Below, one piece after another: positions 10,448 through 21,371 of a DNA stretch of 64,000 bases. This stretch comes from Deltaproteobacteria bacterium (lineage in GTDB: Bacteria; Myxococcota; Kuafuiibacteriia; Kuafuiibacteriales; Kuafuiibacteriaceae), in NCBI GenBank assembly GCA_040218735.1, contig JAVJQW010000049.1, forward strand, positions 160,001 to 224,000. Reading direction: 5' to 3'. Within the stretch, counting starts at the first letter, position 1; each line of letters starts with the position of its first letter. A program made the position numbers and the translations under genes. A model generated the notes under the pieces. It saw nothing but the letters and a program-made list of their open reading frames with translations, was not told the origin of the DNA and did not search any database.

Positions 10448-12073
10448 ATGGATCCGCTGATCGGGCGGGTCCTCCTCGAACGGTACGAAGTCCTCCAGCG
10501 GATCGGCTCCGGGGGCATGGGCGCCGTCTACGTCGGCAAACAGACCGCCGTGGGGCGCAAGGTGGCGCTCAAGGTCTTGCGCTCCGACCTGATGGCGAAC
10601 GACCACGTCCGCCAGCGCTTCCGCCGCGAGGCGGAGATCATCGCGCGCCTATCGCACCCGCACACCATCCAGCTCATCGACTACGGCGAGACCCCGGAGG
10701 GGCTCGCGGTGATGGTGATGGAGCTGCTCCTCGGGGCGTCGCTCTCCGAGCGCCTCAAACAGAGCGGGCCGCTCCCGATGGAGCTCACGGTGCGGATCGG
10801 CAAGGAGGTCGCGGCGTCGCTCGCCGAGGCGCACCTGCACGGGCTCGTCCACCGCGACCTCAAACCCGCGAACATCTTCCTCGCGGACGTCGGCTCGGCG
10901 ACCCACGCGAAGGTCCTCGACTTCGGCATCGCCCGCCTCCTCGACGAGGAGGCCACGCGCCTCACCTCCACCGGGCAGGTCTTCGGGACGCCGCGGTACA
11001 TGTCGCCCGAGCAGGCGATGTCCACGGCCGACGTCGACGCCCGCAGCGACCTCTACTCACTCGGGCTGATCCTCTACGAGTGCATCGTCGGGCAGCCGCC
11101 GTTCGTCGCGCAGACCTCCATTCAATACCTCTCGGCGCACACCACGCAGGCGCCGCCGAAGCTGCGCGACCAGGCGCCGAGCGCGCCGGTCGCGCTCGAG
11201 GCGCTGATCGACGCGTGCCTCGCGAAGGAGCCCGACGATCGCCCGCAGACCGCCGAGGTCGTCGAGAAGGCGCTGGAGCGGATCCAACGCTCGCTGGAGT
11301 CCGGCGAGGAGCCGTTCGTGCCGCACTTCCCGGGGCGCGACGACGATCCCACGCGGCAGACGGTGGGGCCGGGGACTTCGCCGCCCGGACCGACGGATCG
11401 CTCACCGCCCGCGGACGCGGGGGGCTCGGGGGGCTCGAACCGGACGCCGCTGATCGCGATGGGCGTGCTGTTCCTCATCGCCGCGGTCGCGGTGGGGGCC
11501 TGGGCCGCGATGCGGGACACCAACGACATCGCGCCGATCCGCGACGCGTCGGTGGTCGCGATGGCGAACCAACGGGACGCCGGGCGGGCCGAGGTGGTCG
11601 AGCCGCCGCGGGACGCGGGGACGCGGGACGCCGGGGTGCGCGACGCGGGCGTGGAGCCGCCGCGGGACGCGGGGAAGAAGCGCAGGATCCGCCCGCACAA
11701 GAACAAGAACAAGAACAAGAACCGGCCGCCGCCGCCCCCTCCGCCTCCTCCGCCGGGCGGGACCGGATTCACCACGGGTCCGCGGACGATGACGATCGAC
11801 TTCCCCGTCGAGGACGACACCCCGAGCCTGGAGGACATCGCCAAGAAGTGCGGATCGTCCGTCTTCGGGGGGCTCGCGAAGCTCGACACCCAAGGCTGCG
11901 CGGCGGGCTGCAAGATCGTGATCGACGACCAGTGCGCGGGTGCGACCCCCGCCGAGGGCCGCGCGATCCCCAAGGGGCGCCGGAAGGTCACGGTGGTCTG
12001 CGACGGCAAGGCCAAGAAGACCCGACGTTTGCGCTTCAAAGACGGGCAGACGACCACGTACAAATGCCCGTGA
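10448..12073 (+). CDS. Membrane-anchored Hanks-type Ser/Thr protein kinase
   Basis: IGSGGMGAVY, VALKVL, HRDLKPAN, DFGIA, GTPRYMSPEQ. One TM helix, RDAG repeats, (KN)4, poly-Pro, and a Cys-containing PEGA-like C-terminus. Confidence 0.93.
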   Translation: MDPLIGRVLLERYEVLQRIGSGGMGAVYVGKQTAVGRKVALKVLRSDLMANDHVRQRFRREAEIIARLSHPHTIQLIDYGETPEGLAVMVMELLLGASLSERLKQSGPLPMELTVRIGKEVAASLAEAHLHGLVHRDLKPANIFLADVGSATHAKVLDFGIARLLDEEATRLTSTGQVFGTPRYMSPEQAMSTADVDARSDLYSLGLILYECIVGQPPFVAQTSIQYLSAHTTQAPPKLRDQAPSAPVALEALIDACLAKEPDDRPQTAEVVEKALERIQRSLESGEEPFVPHFPGRDDDPTRQTVGPGTSPPGPTDRSPPADAGGSGGSNRTPLIAMGVLFLIAAVAVGAWAAMRDTNDIAPIRDASVVAMANQRDAGRAEVVEPPRDAGTRDAGVRDAGVEPPRDAGKKRRIRPHKNKNKNKNRPPPPPPPPPPGGTGFTTGPRTMTIDFPVEDDTPSLEDIAKKCGSSVFGGLAKLDTQGCAAGCKIVIDDQCAGATPAEGRAIPKGRRKVTVVCDGKAKKTRRLRFKDGQTTTYKCP

Positions 12074-12206
12074 CGTCACGGTGAGGATTGACGCAACGCG
12101 TCCGCGGCGAATATCCCAATCCACGAGCGCACGTGGGAAGATCCCGTGGCACTCAAACGTACTCGGTGGTAGGCTCTTGTGGCCCATCTTCGAGGGGTAG
12201 ACGACA

Positions 12207-12554
12207 ATGGCAGGTGATTCCGTCACGACGAAAGGCCCCCGCGGCGTCCCGAACACGCTTCGTACGAACGACGTCGCGCCCGCGGACGACACCGCGGCGA
12301 AGGCCGCGAACCCCACCCCTCAGCTCGAGCGCCCGCCGACGACCCGCGTCGCCGTCGAGTCCTCGGGCTCCGTCCAGCAGACCCGCTCCACCGGCGGCGC
12401 CGCCGTCGAGGTCTTCGCCCAGCGGCGCGGACGTGTCCGGCAGCGCCGACTCCGGGTCGACGTGGTGAAGCCGAGCGCCGTCGCCGTGCGCGCGTTCCAG
12501 TCGCTCATGGGCGACGTCGGGCCGATGCTGACCGCCTACCGAGGCGCCGCGTGA
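12207..12554 (+). CDS. Hypothetical protein (possibly the 5' fragment of a frameshifted gene)
   Basis: 115 aa with GAGGGG RBS; overlaps the next ORF (GTGA). Confidence 0.45.
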   Translation: MAGDSVTTKGPRGVPNTLRTNDVAPADDTAAKAANPTPQLERPPTTRVAVESSGSVQQTRSTGGAAVEVFAQRRGRVRQRRLRVDVVKPSAVAVRAFQSLMGDVGPMLTAYRGAA

Positions 12555-12919
12555 CGGCCAACTACGAGCAGCTCGTCGAGCAGGTCACCGCTCGCACGCA
12601 CCGCGCGATGAAAGAGGCGCGGGTGTCGAAGGCGGACAAGAAACACAGCGACCTGGTCGCGGCGAACCTGCACCGGCTGCTGGTGGACGTCCTCCTCGAG
12701 GGGCGCCTGAAGACGAGCGTGGCGCAGGACTACCTCGACAAGCTCCGCCAGATGCTCGTGGAGCGCACCGCGACGATCGACGTCGTGAAGAACGGTATCG
12801 TCGCGTTCGACGAGGTCACGCAGTACATCGCGGCGACCACGAACGCGATCGAGTACCCGACCGACAACAACCGCGCGCGCGACCTCCTGGTCACCTACGC
12901 GCGCGCGCTCCACCGCTGA
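12551..12919 (+). CDS. Hypothetical helical protein (possibly the 3' fragment of a frameshifted gene)
   Basis: 122 aa with strong GC3 bias; no recognised motif. Confidence 0.5.
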   Translation: MTANYEQLVEQVTARTHRAMKEARVSKADKKHSDLVAANLHRLLVDVLLEGRLKTSVAQDYLDKLRQMLVERTATIDVVKNGIVAFDEVTQYIAATTNAIEYPTDNNRARDLLVTYARALHR

Positions 12920-12928
12920 CGACGACCC

Positions 12929-13144
12929 TCACCGTGGCCCGGGCTTGGGCTGTGACACCGGCAGGCGCGGGTGCCCCGTCGGCGGGTTCTCGCAACGCGG
13001 TTCGATCCCTTGCCGCAGACACTCGCACGACGATTCGGTCCCGCCGCACGACCCCTTCAGCCGCTTGCCCGCGACGACGACGCCGATCGCCATCCCCGCG
13101 ACCGCGGTGAGCAAGATGGCGAACGTGAGCAAGAAGATCGTCAT
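12929..13144 (-). CDS. nqrM: Na+-NQR maturation factor NqrM (DUF539)
   Basis: 71 aa. Hydrophobic N-terminus, MAIGV, LKGSCGG plus further Cys residues; follows apbE. Confidence 0.88.
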   Translation of the reverse strand: MTIFLLTFAILLTAVAGMAIGVVVAGKRLKGSCGGTESSCECLRQGIEPRCENPPTGHPRLPVSQPKPGPR

Positions 13145-14217
13145 GGCGTCCTCTCCCGGTCACCCGGGTCGCCGGCGTCGGCGAGGAAGGCTTCGAAGGC
13201 CTCCGTCATCTTGGTCTCGACGCCTTCGTCTGTCACCACGAAGAACGCCGCGGCCAGGCGCTGATCTTCCGCGACGCTCGAACCTTCGACCTCGCCCAGG
13301 ACCATGAGCGCCGTGGCCCAGGCGTCCGCGAGGGCCGTGGACGTGTGGATGACACTCGCGCCGGCGAGGCGGTGCCGGACGGGCGCGTGGGTCCGCGGGT
13401 CGATCGTGTGGCCGTAGCGCCGCCCGCCGCGCTCCCAGAAGTTCTTGTCGTTGCCGGAGGTCGCGACGCCTTGGCGGTCGAGCTCGACCGCGATCGCGCC
13501 GTCGCCGGGGCGCTGGACCGCGACGCGCCACGCGGCGCCCCGTTCGTTGTGACCCCGCGCGCGGGCCTCGCCACCGACCTCCACGAAGTAGTCCTCGATC
13601 CCGTTTGCCTCGAGCGCCCCCGCGACGCGGTCTACCGCGTAGCCCTTCGCGATGCCCGAGAGGTCGACCTGCACCGCGTCGGACGCCTTGGTGACCGTGT
13701 TGCCGTCCAGCCGGAGTTTGTCCCAACCGACAGACGATGCGAGCTGCGCGAGGTCGGCCTCGCTCGGTTCGCGGTCGGTGCGTCCGGCCGCGCCGAAACC
13801 CCACGCGTCCACGAGCGGACGGACGGTGACGTCGAACGCACCGCCGCTCGCCTCGGCGACCGACGCCGCGTCGCGCAGGACGGCCATCGTGGCGGGAGAG
13901 ACTTCGAAGGCCTCCCCGGCCGGCGCGCGGGCGAGGCGCGAGACCTCGGAGTCGGGTTCGTAGGTCGACATCGCGGCGACCACCGCGTCGAGCTCGGCGC
14001 GAATGACGGCGCCCAGCGCTTCGGACTTCGTCGCGTCCAGGGGCTGCGCGAGCTTGACGGTGTACGTCGTCCCCATCGTGTCGCCGCGCCACGCCGCAGG
14101 GCTGGAGCGGGGCGACAGGTACAGCCAGCCGAAGCCGCCCACGAGGAGCGCGAGCAGCACGTACCACCGCGCGGCGCGCGGCGCGGCGGCCGCGGCGTGG
14201 CGATCAACCGAAGTCAT
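13141..14217 (-). CDS. apbE: FAD:protein FMN transferase
   Basis: [63 protein letters not shown]. Confidence 0.95.
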   Translation of the reverse strand: MTSVDRHAAAAAPRAARWYVLLALLVGGFGWLYLSPRSSPAAWRGDTMGTTYTVKLAQPLDATKSEALGAVIRAELDAVVAAMSTYEPDSEVSRLARAPAGEAFEVSPATMAVLRDAASVAEASGGAFDVTVRPLVDAWGFGAAGRTDREPSEADLAQLASSVGWDKLRLDGNTVTKASDAVQVDLSGIAKGYAVDRVAGALEANGIEDYFVEVGGEARARGHNERGAAWRVAVQRPGDGAIAVELDRQGVATSGNDKNFWERGGRRYGHTIDPRTHAPVRHRLAGASVIHTSTALADAWATALMVLGEVEGSSVAEDQRLAAAFFVVTDEGVETKMTEAFEAFLADAGDPGDRERTP

Positions 14218-15427
14218 CGAAGGCGATCATCTCCGGTTCGACGCCGAGATCGTCGAGCATCGACATACACGCCTTCAACATCATCGGCGGACCGCACAGG
14301 TAGTATTCGACGTCCTCCGGCGCGGGGTGGTCCTTCAGGTAGCGGTCGAGCAACACCTGGTGGATGAACCCCGTGGGGCCGTCCCAGTCGTCGTCGGGGA
14401 GCGGGTCGGACAGCGCGAGGGTCCACTCGAAGTTGTCGTTCTCTCGCGCGATGCGCTCGAAGTCCTCGACGTAGAACGCCTCTTTCAACGACCGCGCGCC
14501 GTACCAGAACGTCACCTTGCGGTCGGTGTGCAGGCGCAGGAACTGATCGAAGATGTGCGAGCGCATCGGCGCCATCCCCGCGCCGCCGCCGATGAAACAC
14601 ATCTCGGCCTTCGTGGGTTTCGCGAAGAACTCACCGTAGGGCCCCGAGATGACGACCTCGTCGCCTTCCTTCAGGTTGAAGATGTACGAAGACATCTGCC
14701 CGGGCGGGAGCCCCTGCGTGCGCGGCGGGGGCGTCGCGATGCGCACGTTGAGCATGATGATCCCACGCTCCTCCGGGTAGTTCGCCATCGAGTACGCGCG
14801 TGTGACCGGCTCGGACACCACGCTCTCGAGCTTCCACAGATCGAACTTGTCCCAGTCGTCGCGGAACTTCTCTTGGATGTCGAAGTCACCGTACTTCAGG
14901 TGGTGCGGCGGGCACTCGATCTGGATGTACCCACCCGCCCGGAACGGGACCTCTTCTCCTTCGGGCAGCTCGAGGACCAGCTCCTTGATGAACGTGGCGA
15001 CGTTGCGGTTCGAGCGGACTTTGCAACTCCACTTGCGGATGCCGAAGATCTCCTCCGGCAAGCGGATCTCGACGTGGTCCTTCAGCTTGAGCTGACAGGA
15101 CAGCCTGCACCCCTCGCGCGCTTCGCCGCGGCTGATGTGACCGACCTCCGTCGGCAGCATCGCGCCGCCCCCGGACACGACGTCGACCTTGCAGACGCCG
15201 CAGGAGCCCTTGCCGCCGCAGGCGGAGGGGATGAAGATCTTGTGCTCGGCGAGGCTGCCGAGGAGCGTGCCGCCGCCGTTGGTGGTGATCGTCTTGTCGG
15301 GGTCGCCGTTGATGCCGATCTTCACGGCGCCGCTGGTGACGAGCTTCGCCTTCGCGAGCATCAACACCACGACCATCATCAGGACGAGGAAGACGAACAT
15401 GGCGACGCCGATGCCGATGGTCTGCAT
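14204..15427 (-). CDS. nqrF: Na+-translocating NADH:quinone reductase subunit F
   Basis: [12 protein letters not shown] 2Fe-2S motif, [27 protein letters not shown], terminal DDFG. Confidence 0.97.
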   Translation of the reverse strand: MQTIGIGVAMFVFLVLMMVVVLMLAKAKLVTSGAVKIGINGDPDKTITTNGGGTLLGSLAEHKIFIPSACGGKGSCGVCKVDVVSGGGAMLPTEVGHISRGEAREGCRLSCQLKLKDHVEIRLPEEIFGIRKWSCKVRSNRNVATFIKELVLELPEGEEVPFRAGGYIQIECPPHHLKYGDFDIQEKFRDDWDKFDLWKLESVVSEPVTRAYSMANYPEERGIIMLNVRIATPPPRTQGLPPGQMSSYIFNLKEGDEVVISGPYGEFFAKPTKAEMCFIGGGAGMAPMRSHIFDQFLRLHTDRKVTFWYGARSLKEAFYVEDFERIARENDNFEWTLALSDPLPDDDWDGPTGFIHQVLLDRYLKDHPAPEDVEYYLCGPPMMLKACMSMLDDLGVEPEMIAFDDFG

Positions 15428-15436
15428 GGGGTCCTC

Positions 15437-16051
15437 CTAGAGTTGGATTCCGGCGAACGCCATGAAGCAGATCGCCATCAGGCCCGTGACCATGAACGTG
15501 AGCCCGAGGCCACGAAGAGGTGGGGGGACGTTGCTGTACCGCAGCTTCTCGCGGACCGACGCGAGCGCGACCACCGCGAGGAACCAGCCCACGCCCGACC
15601 CGAGCCCGAACACCGCGCTCTCCCCGAGCGAGAGGTCCCGCTCGTTCATGAACAGCGACGCGCCGAGGATCGCGCAGTTGACCGCGATGAGCGGGAGGAA
15701 CACGCCGAGCGCCGCGTAGAGCTTGGGCGCGTAGCGATCGATGAACATCTCGACGATCTGCACCAACGCCGCGATCGTCCCGATGAACGTCAGGAACACG
15801 AGGAAGCTGAGGTCCACGTTGGCGAGCGAAGGCGAGACCCACGCGAGCGCGCCTTCGCGCAGCAGCCCGGTCAGCAGGAGGTTGTTCACGGGCACGGTGA
15901 TCGCGAGGACGAACGTCACCGCGGCGCCGAGCCCGATCGCCGTCGACACGCGCTTCGAGACCGCGAGGAACGAACACATGCCCAAGAAGAAGGCGAGGGC
16001 CATGTTCTCGACGAACACCGCCTTCACGAAGAGGTTCAGGTACGGCTGCAT
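15437..16051 (-). CDS. nqrE: Na+-NQR subunit E
   Basis: [32 protein letters not shown], terminal GIQL. Confidence 0.97.
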   Translation of the reverse strand: MQPYLNLFVKAVFVENMALAFFLGMCSFLAVSKRVSTAIGLGAAVTFVLAITVPVNNLLLTGLLREGALAWVSPSLANVDLSFLVFLTFIGTIAALVQIVEMFIDRYAPKLYAALGVFLPLIAVNCAILGASLFMNERDLSLGESAVFGLGSGVGWFLAVVALASVREKLRYSNVPPPLRGLGLTFMVTGLMAICFMAFAGIQL

Positions 16052-16060
16052 GGCGGGCTC

Positions 16061-16738
16061 CTACGCTCCCTCGACGGCGCCGTCGGGCGCTTCGTGGGGG
16101 ACCTCGAACGTGAGCTCCTCCTCGACCTGCTCGGGCTTCCAGGCGCGAATCGCCCAGATGATCCCGCCGATCAGGAAAAACGCCGCGGGCGGCAGCACCA
16201 TGAGGCCGTTCGGCACGTACCATCCGCCGTCCGTGACGAGCGGGAGCACCTCGTAGCCGAAGAGCTTGCCGAACCCGAGGAGCTCACGCAGCGCCGCGAC
16301 GACGAGCAACACGATGCCGTACCCGGCGGCGTTACCGAGCGCGTCCCAGGCGCTGAGCCACGGGCCGTTCTGCATCGCGAAGGCCTCGGCGCGGCCCATG
16401 ATGATGCAGTTGGTGATGATCAGCCCGACGAACACGGAGAGCTGCTTCGACACCGAGAACGCGTACGCCTGCAGGAGTTGGTCGGTGACGATCACCAGCG
16501 ACGCGACGATCGTGAGCTGAACGATGATGCGCACGCTCGGCGGGATGTAGTTGCGGATCAGGCTGATCGCGACGTTCGAGCAGAGCAGCACGCCCATCAC
16601 CGCGAGGCACATCACGATCGACGGCGCGAGCATCGTCGTGACCGCGAGCGCCGAGCAGATGCCGAGCACCTGCTTCGCGATCGGGTTGTCGTCGAACATC
16701 GGGTCGAGCGCGGCCGACTTCTCTGCCTTGCCGATCAT
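16061..16738 (-). CDS. nqrD: Na+-NQR subunit D
   Basis: [36 protein letters not shown]. Start trimmed to ATG 16738. Confidence 0.96.
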   Translation of the reverse strand: MIGKAEKSAALDPMFDDNPIAKQVLGICSALAVTTMLAPSIVMCLAVMGVLLCSNVAISLIRNYIPPSVRIIVQLTIVASLVIVTDQLLQAYAFSVSKQLSVFVGLIITNCIIMGRAEAFAMQNGPWLSAWDALGNAAGYGIVLLVVAALRELLGFGKLFGYEVLPLVTDGGWYVPNGLMVLPPAAFFLIGGIIWAIRAWKPEQVEEELTFEVPHEAPDGAVEGA

Positions 16739-17517
16739 GATTTGCTCCCCTTCGCGAGGTACGGCCCGTACCCGTCGGGTCCGAGCCAGAACTGAATCGT
16801 CGCGGTCACGCCGCGCGAGGTGATGGTGGCGCCGGAGATCCCGTCCACCTGGTGCGGGGCCTCGGACGCCGGCTTCGCGGCGCCCTTGATGACCTCCAGC
16901 GCGACCGCGCCCGCGTCGTCGTAGACCTCGCGGCCCTTCCACAGCGACTGCCAGCGCGGGTTCTCGATCTCACCGCCGAGCCCGGGGGTCTCGCCGTGTT
17001 CGTAGAACGTGATGCCCTCGACGGTGCGGCCGTCGCGGTCGAGCGCGAGGAAGCCGTACATCGTCGACCACAGCCCGTACCCGGAGATCGGCACGACGGT
17101 GGTCTTCACCTCGCCGCCCTCGAGCACCTGGTAGACGAGGCCGCGGTTCGGGACGCGCTGCACCCGCGCGGCGTTGTCGGGCGCCGGCTTCGACCGCTCG
17201 GGATCCTTCGCCGCTGCGCGCTGGTCGAAGGTCGCCGCGTCGACGTCGTCGACGTAGTCACCGGTCTCGAGGTCGACCACCCGCGCCACGACGTTCTCCT
17301 CGAAGCGCTCCAACACGGCGTTCGAAGCGAGCTTTTCGCCGGTCTTCGTCAAACCGGCGACCGCGAGGACCTTCGACTGGCGATCGACGACCTTGTTGAG
17401 GTCCTGTCGGTCCTTCAGGCCGACCGCCGCCGACGACACGAAGATCGCGCAGACGCCGCACAGGACGACCGTGAAGCCGACGATGTACTTCGGGGAGCCG
17501 AGATCAGGCGTTGGCAT
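16735..17517 (-). CDS. nqrC: Na+-NQR subunit C
   Basis: [24 protein letters not shown] attachment motif VDGISGAT. Confidence 0.97.
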   Translation of the reverse strand: MPTPDLGSPKYIVGFTVVLCGVCAIFVSSAAVGLKDRQDLNKVVDRQSKVLAVAGLTKTGEKLASNAVLERFEENVVARVVDLETGDYVDDVDAATFDQRAAAKDPERSKPAPDNAARVQRVPNRGLVYQVLEGGEVKTTVVPISGYGLWSTMYGFLALDRDGRTVEGITFYEHGETPGLGGEIENPRWQSLWKGREVYDDAGAVALEVIKGAAKPASEAPHQVDGISGATITSRGVTATIQFWLGPDGYGPYLAKGSKS

Positions 17518-18715
17518 AGCGTGCGCGCCTCCGCTTCTTGTTCGCCTCCACCACGAAGTGGTCGATCAGCGGCGCGAACATGTTCATGAACAGGATGGCG
17601 AGCATGACGCCCTCCGGGTAGGCCGGGTTCACACACCGGATGAGCACCGTGAGCACGCCGATGAAGAACCCGTAGACCCAGCGGCCGGTGTCCGTGAACG
17701 CCGACGAGACCGGGTCCGTCGCCATGAAGACGAGGCCGAACGCGAGCCCGCCGAGCACGATGTGCCAGTGGAACGGGACGTTCATCATCGGGTTCGTGTC
17801 GGAGCCGATCGTGTTGAGGAGCATCGCCGTCGCAAACGTCCCGCCGACCACCGCGACCATCGTCCGCCAGGATCCGATGCCGGTAACGATCAGGAGGAAC
17901 GCGCCGAACAGCGAAGCCGCGACCGACGTCTCGCCCATCGAGCCCGGGACGAAGCCCCAGAACGCGTCCCACCACGTCGCGTTCGCCAGCGGCGCGCCGG
18001 ACTCCGCGAGCGAGGCGAGCCACGTCGAGCTGCTCACGCCGTCGGCGGGGAGCGCGGCGATCCAGACGTCGCCGGAGATCGCGGCCGGGTAGGCGAAGAA
18101 CAGGAACGCCCGCGCGACGAGCGCGGGGTTGAGGAAGTTCATCCCGGTGCCGCCGAAGATCTCCTTGCCGATGATGACGCCGAACGCCGTCCCCATCGCG
18201 ACCTGCCACAGCGGGATCGTCGCGGGGAGCGTGAGCGGGATGAGGAGGCCGGTGACGAAGAAACCTTCGTTGACTTCGTGGCCGCGCAGGATGGCGGAGC
18301 CCACCTCGATGATCCCGCCGGTCGCGTACGTGACGGTCAGGATCGGGAGGAAGTAGATCGCGCCGTGCACCAAACAAGCGACCACGGAGCCCGAGCTCAG
18401 CGGGAGCCCCGTCATCGCGAACAGCGCGGACTGCCACGTGTCGAGCGCGGTACCGCCGCCTTCGATGAGCCGGTGCGCCTGAAGGCCGGTGTTGTACATC
18501 GCCATCAGCGTCGCCGGGACGAGCCCGATGACGACGATGACCATCATGCGCTTGAGGTCGAGCCCGTCGCGCACGTGCGCCGCGCGCTCGGCGGTCGACG
18601 CGGGGGTGAAGAGGAAGGTGTCCCCGGCTTCGTAGAGCGGGTACAGCGCGGTCTTTCGACCGTCTCGCTCGAAGCGCGCTCCGAGTCGGTCCAGTAGACG
18701 TCTGAGGCCGTTCAT
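17504..18715 (-). CDS. nqrB: Na+-NQR subunit B
   Basis: [50 protein letters not shown]. Start trimmed to ATG 18715. Confidence 0.96.
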   Translation of the reverse strand: MNGLRRLLDRLGARFERDGRKTALYPLYEAGDTFLFTPASTAERAAHVRDGLDLKRMMVIVVIGLVPATLMAMYNTGLQAHRLIEGGGTALDTWQSALFAMTGLPLSSGSVVACLVHGAIYFLPILTVTYATGGIIEVGSAILRGHEVNEGFFVTGLLIPLTLPATIPLWQVAMGTAFGVIIGKEIFGGTGMNFLNPALVARAFLFFAYPAAISGDVWIAALPADGVSSSTWLASLAESGAPLANATWWDAFWGFVPGSMGETSVAASLFGAFLLIVTGIGSWRTMVAVVGGTFATAMLLNTIGSDTNPMMNVPFHWHIVLGGLAFGLVFMATDPVSSAFTDTGRWVYGFFIGVLTVLIRCVNPAYPEGVMLAILFMNMFAPLIDHFVVEANKKRRRARYANA

Positions 18716-18716
18716 C

Positions 18717-20072
18717 TCAGCCCTCCGCGTGGATTTGGTCGAGGACGTCGCGGAGGTACACCGCGAAGTCGGTTTTGCCAGGGTCGACGAACGTGCAGAG
18801 CGACAGGTCTTCTTCGTCGAGCTCGAGCACGCCGAGCTCCTCCGCCCATTCCAGGTCCTTGATGCACAGCGCTCGGAGCAGGTGCGTCGGCATGAGGTCC
18901 ATCGGGACCACCCGCTCGTAGGCGCCGATCGGCACCATCGCGCGGCGCGAGCCGTTGGTCGTCGTCGTGAACGCAAACGGCTTGCTGCCCATCAGCTTGG
19001 ACACGAACACGGGCAGCGCCGAGAACTTGTTCAGGCCCGGCCGGAGCCACCCGAGCAGCTCGCGTTCGCGCCCCTCAGCGAGGGCGGAGATCTGAAGGTG
19101 ATACGCGCCGAGGTAACCGTGCACCTCCCCGCGCGCCCGACGTCCGCTCAGCACGGAGCCGGAGATGACGCGGAGGTCGTCGCCCTCGAGCTCGCCCTCG
19201 ACGAGCTCGTCGATGCTGGCACCCACGCGTGTCTTCAGGAGGCGCGGTGTTTTCACGACCGGTCCGCCGAGCGCCACGACGCGGTCGACGTCGAGCACGC
19301 CCGTCGCAAAGGTGCGCCCGATCCGGACCACGTCGGCGTAGGTGAGGTGCCAGACCTCCTTGCCGCGGTACACCGGGTCGAGGACGTGGATGTGGTAGCC
19401 GACGGTGCCGCTCGGGTGCGGTCCGCGGAACTCCTCGACGGTCGCGCCGCTGTCCCCGGGCTCGATCGCCGAGCCCGCGCGGCGGCACAGGCGCACCGGT
19501 CCGTCCGTGAGCTTCTTCAGCACGGCGAGCCCGCGGACGAGGTCGTCTTCGCGACCCTCGAGGGCCACGGCCGGGTCGACGGCGAGCGGGTTGGTGTCCG
19601 TCGCGGTGACGAAGATGGAGCGCGGTTTTGCACCGGGGATCGGTACCCGCGAGTACGGTCGCGTCCGGAGCGTGGTCCAGAGCCCGGACTCGATGAGGAG
19701 GGCGCGCACGCTGTCGGCGTCGCGATCGGCGGCGCCGTTCGCGAACGTGTCGAACGTGCGCTTCGCGTCGTCTTCGTCCTCGTCGAGCTCGATGACCACC
19801 GACTGCAGCGCGCGCTTGGCGCCGCGGTGGACGGCGGCGACGCGGCCGCCGCCGGGCGCGACGAAGAGGACGCCGGGGTTCTTGGCGTCCTCGAAGATCA
19901 GTTCGCCCCGGCGGACGCGGTCCCCTTCTTGGACGCGGGGGCGCGGCTTCGCCCCGACGAAGTCGGCGCCGAGGAGCGCGACCCGCCGTACCGGCTTGTG
20001 CTCGGCTTGGCTCGGGTCGGGCACGCCCGCCACGGGGAGGTCGAGACCCTTCTTGCTGCGATGCACCACCAT
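18717..20072 (-). CDS. nqrA: Na+-NQR subunit A
   Basis: [55 protein letters not shown]. Confidence 0.97.
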   Translation of the reverse strand: MVVHRSKKGLDLPVAGVPDPSQAEHKPVRRVALLGADFVGAKPRPRVQEGDRVRRGELIFEDAKNPGVLFVAPGGGRVAAVHRGAKRALQSVVIELDEDEDDAKRTFDTFANGAADRDADSVRALLIESGLWTTLRTRPYSRVPIPGAKPRSIFVTATDTNPLAVDPAVALEGREDDLVRGLAVLKKLTDGPVRLCRRAGSAIEPGDSGATVEEFRGPHPSGTVGYHIHVLDPVYRGKEVWHLTYADVVRIGRTFATGVLDVDRVVALGGPVVKTPRLLKTRVGASIDELVEGELEGDDLRVISGSVLSGRRARGEVHGYLGAYHLQISALAEGRERELLGWLRPGLNKFSALPVFVSKLMGSKPFAFTTTTNGSRRAMVPIGAYERVVPMDLMPTHLLRALCIKDLEWAEELGVLELDEEDLSLCTFVDPGKTDFAVYLRDVLDQIHAEG

Positions 20073-20189
20073 GCCCGCCTCGCGTCTAGTGAATGGGCTC
20101 GCGGGCGTAAAGCGGAATCGGAACCGATCGGGTGGTCCCTACGCCTGCCGCTGGACGCGTGTTTCTGGCGGGCGTGCTACGCTCGTCGC

Positions 20190-21305
20190 GTGAGCCTTCG
20201 CATCGAGACGGACCATTCGCGCTTCAAGGCGATCGTCCGCGGCAAGATCAAGCAGAACCTCAAGAAGTACATCCAGAAGGGCGAGATGATCGGCAAACAG
20301 GGGAAGGACGTGGTGTCCATCCCGGTGCCGTCCATCGAGCTGCCGAAGTTCAAGTTCGGTCACAAGGACACCGGCGGAACGGGGCAGGGTGAAGGCGACG
20401 TGGGTGATGTCCTCCAGCCCGGGCAGGTCGAGCCCGGACAGGGCGAGGGCGCGGGGGAGAGCCCCGGCGAGCACATGCTCGAGGTCGACGTGACGATGGA
20501 CGAGCTCGCGGAGATGCTCGGCGAGGAGCTTGCGCTCCCGCGCATCGAGCCGAAGGGCAAAGAGCAGATCGAGGACGTCCGCTATCGCTACACGGGGATC
20601 AACACCGCGGGGCCCGAGTCACTGCGGCACTTCAAGCGCACGTTCAAGCAGGCCCTCAAACGTACGATCGCGCAGGGCGCGTACAACCCGGACCACCCCG
20701 TCGTGGTGCCGAACCGCCAGGACCGGCGCTACCGGACCTGGAAGGAGATCGTCGAGCCGGAAGCCAACGCGGTCATCATCTACATGATGGACGTCTCGGG
20801 TTCGATGGGTGACGAGCAGAAGGAGATCGTCCGCATCGAGTCCTTCTGGATCGATACGTGGCTGCGCTCCCAGTACAAGGGCATCGAGGCGCGTTACATC
20901 ATCCACGACGCGATGGCGAAGGAGGTCGACCGCGAGACGTTCTTCCACACGCGGGAGTCCGGCGGGACGATGATCTCCTCGGCGTACAAGCTCTGCTGGA
21001 AGATCATCGAAGACGACTACCCGCCGTCACAGTGGAACATCTACCCATTCCACTTCTCGGACGGCGACAACTGGTCGGCCGACGACACCAACCAGTGCAT
21101 CTCGCTCCTCCGCGAGAAGGTGCTGCCGGCGGTGAACATGTTCTGCTACGGGCAGGTCGAGTCACCGTACGGGAGCGGGCAGTTCATCAAGGACCTCAAG
21201 GAGTCGTTCCCGACGCCCGCGGACGACCTCGTGCTCACGAGTGAGATCAAGGACAAGGAGGCGATCTACGCCTCGATCCGCGACTTCCTCGGCGCCGGCT
21301 ACTGA
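20190..21305 (+). CDS. DUF444/YeaH-YhbH family vWA protein
   Basis: [26 protein letters not shown]-like [27 protein letters not shown] start at 20190. Confidence 0.92.
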   Translation: MSLRIETDHSRFKAIVRGKIKQNLKKYIQKGEMIGKQGKDVVSIPVPSIELPKFKFGHKDTGGTGQGEGDVGDVLQPGQVEPGQGEGAGESPGEHMLEVDVTMDELAEMLGEELALPRIEPKGKEQIEDVRYRYTGINTAGPESLRHFKRTFKQALKRTIAQGAYNPDHPVVVPNRQDRRYRTWKEIVEPEANAVIIYMMDVSGSMGDEQKEIVRIESFWIDTWLRSQYKGIEARYIIHDAMAKEVDRETFFHTRESGGTMISSAYKLCWKIIEDDYPPSQWNIYPFHFSDGDNWSADDTNQCISLLREKVLPAVNMFCYGQVESPYGSGQFIKDLKESFPTPADDLVLTSEIKDKEAIYASIRDFLGAGY

Positions 21306-21371
21306 CCCGAATCGAAACACCGCCGGCCGCACCGATCGCGCGGCCTCGAATCGAGCCGATCTCTGGGACAC

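Noticed and set aside
12068-12081. Perfect 14-bp palindrome CCGTGACGTCACGG at the kinase stop
   Set aside because: Single short occurrence with no loop or U-tract; chance cannot be excluded.
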